The position numbers were made by a program, and so were the translations under genes. This document shows, piece after piece, positions 1 through 6,929 of a stretch of 21,993 nt of DNA; positions within the stretch are counted from its first letter, which is position 1; each line of letters begins with the position of its first letter. This DNA comes from Candidatus Hydrogenedentota bacterium (lineage in GTDB: Bacteria; Hydrogenedentota; Hydrogenedentia; Hydrogenedentales; SLHB01): the NCBI GenBank assembly GCA_045863335.1, contig BTVY01000072.1, positions 1 through 21,993 on the forward strand. Direction: 5' to 3'. Under the pieces are notes generated by a model, which saw only the letters and a list, made by a program, of their open reading frames with translations, was not told where the DNA came from and made no database searches.

Positions 1-40
1 CGATACCGATACCGATACCGATAGCGATAGCGATAGCGAT
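1..40. repeat. Hexamer tandem repeat (CGATAC)x3 (CGATAG)x3 CGAT, truncated by the window edge
   Basis: Read directly: positions 1-18 are three CGATAC units, 19-36 are three CGATAG units, and 37-40 is CGAT. Confidence 0.95.
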
Positions 41-64
41 TTGGATGTTGAGTTTAGGTTGTAG
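2..64 (+). CDS. Possible 3' end of an upstream gene with a DT/DS low-complexity tail (partial)
   Basis: The frame starting at 2 reads DTDTDTDSDSDSDLDVEFRL then TAG at 62-64, directly abutting the convergent stop at 65-67. The start lies outside the window, so coding status is unproven. Confidence 0.3.
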   Translation, partial: DTDTDTDSDSDSDLDVEFRL

Positions 65-1408
65 TTATGCCAATTCGCCTCGGTGGGCCCAGACCTTTTC
101 GAAGGCATCGCCGTATTGCTGGACCAAATCGGGCTGATCGGACGTGAAGTAGGCGACCTGGATTGCGGTCCCGTTCGCCTCGGTGGCGCCTGGCAGAGTA
201 TCCGGGTTGGGCAGCACGGGCATATGACGCCACCATTGGGACTCGGAGAAGATCGGGTATTCGTGGAGCAGGGTCCACTTGTTTTCGATGACGTCCACCC
301 CTTCGGTCTTCAGCGCTTCGACACACTTGGCGCGGGACATGCCGGCGGCTTTCTCGTCGAGGAACAGGATGTTCTTGGAGTAGTAGACGCGGTCCATGTC
401 GGGCCGGGCGTATTGCTCCGCGAGACCCGGCAATTGGGTGATGCGATCGTTCAATTGGCGGACCTGCGCCTTGCCGGCGGCGTTCATGGCGTCGAGTTTG
501 CCGAGTTGAATGCGCGCGAGAATCGCCGAGACGGGGTGAATGCGGAGTTTTGATCCAAATGCGGTGCCCTGGTACTTACGGTAGGGACTGCCTTCCGGGA
601 AGGTGTTCGGGAGATCGTAGTTGCCGTAGGTGGTCGCGCGTTCGAAATCGCCCTGGTCTTTGTACATGCCGATGCCGCCTTCGATGGACGGCAGCGGCTT
701 CGTGCCCTGCAAACTGAACCCTGCCATGCGGCCCCAGTTTCCGATGAGTTCGCCGCCGACGCGCGCGCCGTGGGCATGGCTCGCGTCTTCAACCACGGAT
801 AGTCCGTGCTCCTCGGCGAAGGCACAAATCTCCGGCATTTCACAGGGCAGCCCGTACCAGTGGACGGGCATGATGGCTTTGGTCTTGTCCGTGAGGCGGC
901 GTTTGCAGTCCTCGATGTCGATGTTCATGGTTTTCGGATTCGAGTCGACGAATACCGGAACGAGGTCAAAAAACCGCATAGGCACCACGGGGAACCAGGT
1001 GCTGTAGGCGGGCACGAGCACTTCGCTGCCCGGCGGCAGTTGCAGCGCGAAGAGCATGGAGGTCAGGGCGCTGGTGCCGTTACAGTGGGCCTTGGCGTAG
1101 GGGCAACCAAAATAGGCCTTCCACGCGTCCTCGAAGACGGCCACGGGCGCATAGTCCGGCGCGCGGAGAAGTTCGCTGACGGTGGCGATTTCTTCATCGC
1201 CATAGAGCGGCCATTTCGTGGCGGTGTCGGCGGCCGCGGTCACGGCCTTGGGTCCGCCACTGAGCGCGAGGGTTTCCAGTTTCGCCGGGCTGCTCGCAGC
1301 CTGTTGGGCGGTCGTGGCGCAACCGGCATAGAACCCGGCACTGAGGGCACCGGCGGTTTTCAAGAAGCTGCGGCGGCTGGGTTTGGAGTGGTGAGCGTGC
1401 GTGGACAT
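65..1408 (-). CDS. DegT/DnrJ/EryC1/StrS-family PLP-dependent sugar/cyclitol aminotransferase with Tat (possibly lipoprotein) signal, 447 aa
   Basis: Motifs CNGTSAL, IMPVHWYG, VVEDASHAHG (PLP Asp) and GFSLQGTKPLPSIEGG (Schiff-base Lys at 698-700). Start re-assigned to ATG 1408 because a GGGGA RBS precedes it and the N-terminus reads MSTHAHHSKPSRRSFLKTAGALSAGFYAGC. Confidence 0.92.
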   Translation of the reverse strand: MSTHAHHSKPSRRSFLKTAGALSAGFYAGCATTAQQAASSPAKLETLALSGGPKAVTAAADTATKWPLYGDEEIATVSELLRAPDYAPVAVFEDAWKAYFGCPYAKAHCNGTSALTSMLFALQLPPGSEVLVPAYSTWFPVVPMRFFDLVPVFVDSNPKTMNIDIEDCKRRLTDKTKAIMPVHWYGLPCEMPEICAFAEEHGLSVVEDASHAHGARVGGELIGNWGRMAGFSLQGTKPLPSIEGGIGMYKDQGDFERATTYGNYDLPNTFPEGSPYRKYQGTAFGSKLRIHPVSAILARIQLGKLDAMNAAGKAQVRQLNDRITQLPGLAEQYARPDMDRVYYSKNILFLDEKAAGMSRAKCVEALKTEGVDVIENKWTLLHEYPIFSESQWWRHMPVLPNPDTLPGATEANGTAIQVAYFTSDQPDLVQQYGDAFEKVWAHRGELA

Positions 1409-1493
1409 GGCAATAATCCCCCGGGTTCGAATCCCGGCCGAAACCGGAATCTCAATTCTACGTTCCGCGACTCCCCCTAGCCGCTCTCGGATT

Positions 1494-1522
1494 ATTGTAT
1501 TCCACATTGACCGCAGCGTCAA
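1494..1522 (-). promoter_or_regulatory. sigma70-type promoter for the aminotransferase
   Basis: Minus strand TTGACG (1522-1517), 17-nt spacer, TACAAT (1499-1494), about 85 nt upstream of the ATG at 1408. Confidence 0.7.
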
Positions 1523-1592
1523 AATACAGTTTGCTGGCGAATCTGGCATACTTGGCGGAGGAGTTCGCAGCGAAGAGAGGGGAAATACTGAC

Positions 1593-2039
1593 ATGATTAT
1601 GGACCTGTTGAAGAACTGGGAACAATACGCTTGGCCGAATGGGCGATTTGGGCAGGGGTTTGCGTATTTGCAGTCGTTGGAGGCGGGTGTGGCGGATGGG
1701 CGGTACGAGTTGGACGGGGACAACCTGTTCTGTATGGTGCAGGCCTATGAAACCAAGCCGCAGGATGAGCAGGAGTTTGAGGCGCACCGGGAGTATGCGG
1801 ACATTCAGGTCCTGCTGGCGGGGAAGGAATCGATCCTGTGGACGCCACGGGAAGGATTGGCCGTTACGAAACCGTATAAGCCGGATATCGAATTTTATTC
1901 GTTGATACCGGGGGCGACGGATCTGGTGCTGCGTCCGGGGCAGTTTTGCGTGTTCATGCCGGACGATGCGCATGCACCGTGTATCACGCATGAGACGCAG
2001 TGCACGGTGCGGAAGGCCGTGGTGAAGGTTAAGTTGTAG
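1593..2039 (+). CDS. YhcH/YjgK/YiaL (DUF386, NanQ/TabA-like) protein, 148 aa
   Basis: GRYELDGDNLFCMVQAYET, FEAHREYADIQVLLAGKE, PGQFCVFMPDDAHAP and VRKAVVKV are family hallmarks. GAGAGGGG RBS precedes ATG 1593. Confidence 0.92.
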   Translation: MIMDLLKNWEQYAWPNGRFGQGFAYLQSLEAGVADGRYELDGDNLFCMVQAYETKPQDEQEFEAHREYADIQVLLAGKESILWTPREGLAVTKPYKPDIEFYSLIPGATDLVLRPGQFCVFMPDDAHAPCITHETQCTVRKAVVKVKL

Positions 2040-2042
2040 AGG

Positions 2043-2078
2043 GAACATCCCCCTAAATCCCCCGTCGAAGGGGGACTT
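2043..2078 (+). repeat. Dispersed repeat family A, copy 1 (GAACATCCCCCTAAATCCCCCGTCGAAGGGGGACTT)
   Basis: 33/36 identical to 15321-15356 and similar to 21798-21834. Contains a TCCCCC..GGGGGA hairpin and starts 3 nt after the stop at 2039. Confidence 0.85.
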
Positions 2079-2141
2079 TCCGGATTGCGGTGTACAGGGA
2101 CTTAGCGAAAGTACGTGGAGTTCGGGACATTGGGGACGTTG

Positions 2142-2238
2142 GCAGGCTGGAAGCCCGCACCACAATTCGCGCTGAGATCGTATGGACAGTAGGACGTCCG
2201 ATTGCAGGAGTCGGTCGCAGGCTGGAAGCCTGCACCAC
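2142..2238. repeat. REP-like family B, two direct copies (GCAGGCTGGAAGCC[C/T]GCACCAC) at 2142-2163 and 2217-2238
   Basis: Stem GCAGGCT-GGA-AGCCTGC followed by ACCAC, which is GTGG(T) plus hairpin on the minus strand (the REP layout). The two copies differ at one position. Confidence 0.8.
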
Positions 2239-2282
2239 AGTTTTCCATGAACCTTCTAACGACGAAAAGGGAGCATACCCGG

Positions 2283-3446
2283 ATGGCTGGGATTCGACTG
2301 GTGGCGATAGGGCTCTTGCTAGCTGCGGGGATTGGCGGATCGAGTGCCGTTGCGCAGGAGGAAACGATGGCGGATCGGTACCGGGTCTACATTGGAACGT
2401 ATACGGGCGGTGAGAGCGAAGGCATCTATCTGCTGGACTTCGATGCGTCGTCGGGCGCGTTGGAGGTGGTGGGGCTGGCGGCGGAGACGGGGAATCCTTC
2501 GTTCCTCGCGCTTCATCCGACGATGCGTGTGTTGTATGCCGTCGGCGAGATGTCGAAGGACGCGGGACGTCCGGGAGGTGCGATCAGCGCATTCTCCATC
2601 GACGACGAGACGGGGCTGCTGACCTTGCTCAATCAGGAGTCGACGGTCGGGAAAGGGCCGTGTCATGTTTGTGTAGCGCCTTCGGGGAAGCATGTGGCGG
2701 CGGCGAACTACGGCGGCGGGAGTACAGTGCTGTTGCCGGTGCTGGAAGACGGACGGCTGGGCGAAGCGAGCAGCTTCATTCAGCATGAGGGCAGCAGCGT
2801 GAATCCGGGGCGTCAGGAAGGGCCCCATGCCCACTCGGTCAATTTTGATCCGACGGGGCGCATCCTGATCGCGGCCGATCTTGGCACCGACAAACTCATG
2901 CTGTACCGGTATGAGGAGTCGGGCATGTTGACGCCGGGCGATCCGCCGTTTGCATCGCTTGCGCCGGGGGCGGGTCCGCGGCATGTGGCGGTGCACCCGT
3001 CCGGGAAGTTCATCTATTCCGTGAATGAGCTGCTCAGTACGGTGACGGCGTTCGCGTACGATGCGGATTCGGCGACGCTGACGGAAGTGCAGACGATTGG
3101 GACGTTGCCGGGTAGTTTCGAGGGCGAGAATACGACCGCGGAGATTCGGGTGCACCCTTCCGGCACGTTCTTGTATGCGTCCAATCGCGGGGACGACAGC
3201 ATTGCTGCCTTTGCGCTGAATCCGGAAACAGGCATGCTGACGGCTATCGGGCACACTTCCACGGGCGGTAAAACGCCACGCAATTTTAATGTGGACCCGA
3301 GCGGGCGGTATCTACTGGCGGCGAATCAGGCGACGGACAATGTGGTGGTGCTGCGAATCGATCCGGAGACGGGGACGTTGACGCCGACGGGGGTTGAGGT
3401 GGAGGTGGCGACGCCGGTGTGCGTGGTGTTTGATGCAGTGCGGTAG
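2283..3446 (+). CDS. Secreted lactonase, 6-phosphogluconolactonase/cycloisomerase-2 (YbhE-type 7-bladed propeller) family, 387 aa
   Basis: VYIGTYT, NPSFLAL, GPCHV, AANYGGG, RQEGPHAH, DLGTD, GAGPRH, YASNRG and TPRNF motifs. Sec-type signal MAGIRLVAIGLLLAAGIGGSSAVA. AAAAGGGAG RBS precedes ATG 2283. Confidence 0.93.
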   Translation: MAGIRLVAIGLLLAAGIGGSSAVAQEETMADRYRVYIGTYTGGESEGIYLLDFDASSGALEVVGLAAETGNPSFLALHPTMRVLYAVGEMSKDAGRPGGAISAFSIDDETGLLTLLNQESTVGKGPCHVCVAPSGKHVAAANYGGGSTVLLPVLEDGRLGEASSFIQHEGSSVNPGRQEGPHAHSVNFDPTGRILIAADLGTDKLMLYRYEESGMLTPGDPPFASLAPGAGPRHVAVHPSGKFIYSVNELLSTVTAFAYDADSATLTEVQTIGTLPGSFEGENTTAEIRVHPSGTFLYASNRGDDSIAAFALNPETGMLTAIGHTSTGGKTPRNFNVDPSGRYLLAANQATDNVVVLRIDPETGTLTPTGVEVEVATPVCVVFDAVR

Positions 3447-3524
3447 GGGCTGCAGTTCAAAAACAAATTCAAATTCGAATGATCGAAATTCGTACGGGAA
3501 CGGTTTCGGGCATGGTTTGAACAC

Positions 3525-3637
3525 CTTGGGCTAGAAGCCCAAGACACCTCGAAGACAATCTTGGGCTGGAAGCCCAAGGCACCTCATAGGCACCTCATAG
3601 GCACCTCAAATCACGGCCTGGAAGGCCGTGCCACCTC
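3525..3637. repeat. Cluster of three family-B-like hairpins (3525-3543, 3560-3578, 3612-3630), each followed by NCACCTC, with an 11-bp tandem repeat GGCACCTCATA (3578-3608)
   Basis: CTTGGGCT-AGA-AGCCCAAG, CTTGGGCT-GGA-AGCCCAAG and CACGGCCT-GGA-AGGCCGTG are perfect 8-bp stems. The cluster lies between convergent genes. Confidence 0.85.
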
Positions 3638-3648
3638 GTACAAGCCGC

Positions 3649-5349
3649 TTACTCGTTTGTGCCGTTGAATGTGAGGACGACGAGGGTTCGGTCGTCGTCC
3701 ATGGGGCAGCCGCCGCTGAACTCGTGGAGTTGGGCCTTCACCGTGTCGAGGAATCCGCCGGGATTGTCATCGGCGTGGTCGCGGAAGAGTTGCTCCAGGC
3801 GTTGTTGTCCGTAGCATGCGTGGGAGCCGTTGAAGGTTTCCGTTACGCCGTCGGTGTAGAGCAGTACGCGGAGATCGGATTGGACGTCCACGTGGCGGGT
3901 TTCAAACTCCACGTTGGGATCGATTCCCAAGGGCAACCCGAGGCGGCTTCCGAGAAGTTCGAGAGCGCCGTCGCCTTTCCGCTTCGCGAAACCGGGATTG
4001 TGACCGGCTGCGGAATAGGCGATTTCCCCTTTTCCTACGTCGATAATCAGCAAGAGCGCGGTGACAAAAAAACCATCCTGTTTGAATTGCCGGCTCAGCA
4101 GGTTGTTGGCGCGGGACAAGACCTCCGACGGTTCCGCGCCTGAGACGGCCATAGCCTGAATGATGCTGAGACACTTGGCGGCGAGCAACGCGGCCGGCAG
4201 GCCTTTGCCGGTGGCGTCGCCGATAACCAGGGCCAGGCGATTCTCGCCTACGGGCCAGAAGTCGTAGAAGTCCCCCCCCACTTCGCGCGCGGCCTCGCAG
4301 GTTCCGACGATCTCCACGGGGCCGTAGGTGGTTCGGGCGGCCTCGGGCAATAAGGACTGCTGCAGCTCGGCAGCGATACGGAGTTCGCCCTCGAGTTGTT
4401 CGCGCCGCGCGGTCTCGGTTTTGAGTTTTTCGATCTGGTCTTCGATTGACGCGGCCATGCGATTGAAGGCACGGCCCAAGGTGGCCACCTCGACAGGCCC
4501 TTCCTCCTCGGCGCGTTTCGTCAGGTCACCGGTCGCGTACGTGCTCGCGACGTCCACGAGATCGGACAAGGGCCGGGAAACGCTGCGGCTCATGCGCAAG
4601 GCAATCCATACGGCGAGCAGCAGCACGATCAGCGTCGATGTCGTGAGATGCAGAATCTGGGGAAGAACAACGGCGCGCGCGGTCCGGAACGGGAACTGTA
4701 CGATAAGCGCGCCTTCTTTTTGCGGTTGCGCGGGAACGAAGGTTGTGATGATGCTTAGCGTGTTGCCGGTTCTTTCCTGCAGTACGTGTTCGTCGGGATT
4801 GGCCTTCAAGCGATTCAGCAGGACCAACGCGGTTTCCTTGTCAAAGGCTTCGGCCGATTCACCACCGGTGGCGACGTCGATGAAGACGTCGTCATCTTCC
4901 AGGATAGCGATTCTCGACGCGCCGATGAGGTTGGCGATCTGCAGCAAGTCCTGGGCGAGGAAGGGCGGCCCACTGGGCGGACCTGTATCTCGCGGTGGCG
5001 GCGCCATTCCGGGACGCTCACGATCTCCGGGGCCGTCGTCTACAGGCGGCGGCACGTCCAGACCAGGAAAGGCCATGAGCCACGGCGGAGGTCTGCGGTC
5101 GCGGCTGAGGAGGCGTTCGCTAATCTTGGATTTTTGTTCGAGTTCCGTTGCGAGCAACAAGACGAAGGCCGTGCCGGTCTGTCGCATGGTATCGCGCAAA
5201 GCGCGCACGGAACTGATGGATAAGATCGTGCCCAGCAGGACGGAGACGAGCACTACGAGGCTCACGGTGGTCACGGTAACGCGGGTACCGTAGCGGTTCC
5301 ACGGCGATTCAGGCACGGGCGATTCGGTTGCTTCTCGATGCTTATTCAC
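3649..5349 (-). CDS. Membrane HAMP-domain PP2C/SpoIIE (RsbU-like) serine phosphatase, about 566 aa
   Basis: Two hydrophobic segments, HAMP (RPLSDLVDVA...GPVEVATLGRAFNRMA), ELRIAAELQQSLLP linker, and PP2C motifs VGGDFYD, IGDATGKG, AGH, LYTDGVTE, DDRT. The GTG start is less certain. Confidence 0.92.
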   Translation of the reverse strand: MNKHREATESPVPESPWNRYGTRVTVTTVSLVVLVSVLLGTILSISSVRALRDTMRQTGTAFVLLLATELEQKSKISERLLSRDRRPPPWLMAFPGLDVPPPVDDGPGDRERPGMAPPPRDTGPPSGPPFLAQDLLQIANLIGASRIAILEDDDVFIDVATGGESAEAFDKETALVLLNRLKANPDEHVLQERTGNTLSIITTFVPAQPQKEGALIVQFPFRTARAVVLPQILHLTTSTLIVLLLAVWIALRMSRSVSRPLSDLVDVASTYATGDLTKRAEEEGPVEVATLGRAFNRMAASIEDQIEKLKTETARREQLEGELRIAAELQQSLLPEAARTTYGPVEIVGTCEAAREVGGDFYDFWPVGENRLALVIGDATGKGLPAALLAAKCLSIIQAMAVSGAEPSEVLSRANNLLSRQFKQDGFFVTALLLIIDVGKGEIAYSAAGHNPGFAKRKGDGALELLGSRLGLPLGIDPNVEFETRHVDVQSDLRVLLYTDGVTETFNGSHACYGQQRLEQLFRDHADDNPGGFLDTVKAQLHEFSGGCPMDDDRTLVVLTFNGTNE

Positions 5350-5391
5350 GGTCTATCTCGCGCGATCACCGCGCTCCCCCAAAACTGCATG

Positions 5392-6723
5392 TCACAGCGA
5401 CCAGCCCTCGCGCCAGGCGCGGCGAACGTACTGCGTCGCATCCGGGATATTGGTGAACTCCATGGTATCCGGATCCCACTCCAACTTGGTACCGAATCGT
5501 TTGGCGATGTTGCCGAGCAGGCAGACTTCGGTCAGCGGGCCGGAGTAAGCGAAATCGGCGCCGGCTTTGCCGCCGGACTTGATGGCGCGAACCCAGTCGT
5601 CTTCGTGGGTCCCTTCGATTCGAGGGATGGAGGGCTCCGGCGGCGTGAAGTTCTTCATGCGAGACGCGGGAAGCAGGCGCGGATTTTCACCGTAGACGCC
5701 GCAGGTCAGCATGCCTTCCGAGCCTTTGAACAATGCGCCGCCTTCGGGATGGCCGAGTTCGTCCTGGTCGTCGAGTTCGCGCGGGCGGGGCACGCGCAAT
5801 CCGTCATACCACGTTAGGGTCACGGGCGGCATGACGCCGCGGGCGGGGAACTCGTAGCGCACGAGGCAAGCGATGGGATGAGTCTCTTCGTTCAGATCGG
5901 TGCAGGAACCGTCGATGCTGGTGGGTTGTCCCAGATCGAGGGCCCAGAAGATGGGATCAAAGGTGTGGGCGCCGCGGTCGCCCATCATGCCGCAACCGAA
6001 ATCCCACCAACTGCGCCAGGTGCGCGGGTGATAGCAGGGATGATAGGGCCGTTCCGGCGCGGGGCCGAGCCAGAGGTCCCAATCGAGCGTTTCGGGAACG
6101 GGCGGCGTTTCTTCCGGGCGGGTGCCGCGCGGGGAACTCCAGTTGGCGTGTCCCCAGGGGTAATAGGTGAGGCTGCACCACGCATCCACTTCGCGGACTT
6201 CGCCGATGAGACCGGCCTGGATCCATTCGCGGACCTGCCGGATGCCCTCGCCAGAGTGGCCCTGGATTCCCATCTGCGTGACCACGCCAGTTTGCTGTGC
6301 GGCCTGGGCGAGGACGCGGGATTCGTAGACTTCGTGAGTCAAGGGTTTCTGACAGTAGACATGCTTGCCGGCATCCATGCAGGCCTTGGCGATGACTGCG
6401 TGGGTGTGATCGGGCGTGGCAATGAGCACGGCGTCGATGTCGTCCTGCGCGGCGAGCATCTCGCGGTAATCCGTGTACCGCTTTGCGTCAGGGAAGGCTT
6501 CGAATACTTTGGCGGCGTAATCGTGGTCCACATCGCACAGGGCAACGATGTTCTCGCCGGACAGGTTGCGCAGGTTCGACCCGCCCATGCCGCCGATGCC
6601 GACCCCCGCGATGTTCAGCTTTTCGTTGGCGTTTTGTGCGCGGGCGATGTGAAAGGCGCCCAACGCGGCGGCGCTGCCGATTGTCGTACGGGAAAGGAAT
6701 CCGCGGCGGCTGATCGTGGTCAT
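5392..6723 (-). CDS. Tat-exported Gfo/Idh/MocA oxidoreductase, 443 aa
   Basis: SRRGFL twin-arginine signal with ARA cleavage site, GVGIGGMG Rossmann motif, IATPDHTH, HVYCQKP, LDWDLWLGPAP and WRSWWDFGCGMMGDRGAH. AAGGAG RBS. Confidence 0.94.
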   Translation of the reverse strand: MTTISRRGFLSRTTIGSAAALGAFHIARAQNANEKLNIAGVGIGGMGGSNLRNLSGENIVALCDVDHDYAAKVFEAFPDAKRYTDYREMLAAQDDIDAVLIATPDHTHAVIAKACMDAGKHVYCQKPLTHEVYESRVLAQAAQQTGVVTQMGIQGHSGEGIRQVREWIQAGLIGEVREVDAWCSLTYYPWGHANWSSPRGTRPEETPPVPETLDWDLWLGPAPERPYHPCYHPRTWRSWWDFGCGMMGDRGAHTFDPIFWALDLGQPTSIDGSCTDLNEETHPIACLVRYEFPARGVMPPVTLTWYDGLRVPRPRELDDQDELGHPEGGALFKGSEGMLTCGVYGENPRLLPASRMKNFTPPEPSIPRIEGTHEDDWVRAIKSGGKAGADFAYSGPLTEVCLLGNIAKRFGTKLEWDPDTMEFTNIPDATQYVRRAWREGWSL

Positions 6724-6929
6724 GGAGATGCTCCTTTATTCGGTCTCGCCGCGAGTTCCGGGTCTCGCCGTTCCTTGAACCCGGCGGCGGTTTCTGGTTC
6801 CATCACCGGTGCCAATCGTAGCACATACGGCGGGAGTACGTTGCCATTTCAACACGTCTACGCGAGACCTTCTCTTCGTTCGATCAAACTTGGCCACGAA
6901 CCACGTGCGCGCTGGCCTTCCTGGCGTTC

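Noticed and set aside
1409-1723. N-terminal extension of the 552-aa ORF (65..1723) and of the 212-aa ORF starting at 1401
   Set aside because: The extensions overlap each other, the promoter and the opposite gene. RBS and signal or family N-termini support starts at 1408 (-) and 1593 (+).
2043-2240. Possible mini CRISPR array from repeated palindromes with unique spacers
   Set aside because: Only two family B copies 53 nt apart, other copies are dispersed and variable, and no cas genes are present. A REP interpretation fits better.
2053-2413. Small ORFs 2053..2238 (-) and 2090..2413 (+)
   Set aside because: They run through repeat elements, have no recognisable motifs and lack convincing RBSs.
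4272-4279. G8 tract in the phosphatase VGGD codons (and G7 at 11225-11231 near the catalytic Cys) as phase-variation sites
   Set aside because: Both are short, in frame and explained by Gly-Gly codons in GC-rich DNA. There is no evidence of length variation without reads.
65-6723. Aminoglycoside or kanosamine biosynthetic gene cluster
   Set aside because: No cyclase, glycosyltransferase, HAD sugar-phosphate phosphatase, nucleotidyltransferase or resistance gene is in the window, and the export signals argue against cytoplasmic biosynthesis.
6742-6770. Direct repeat GGTCTCGCCG at 6742-6751 and 6761-6770 as a regulator site
   Set aside because: GC-rich 10-mer with two copies only and no matching promoter identified, so it cannot be distinguished from chance.
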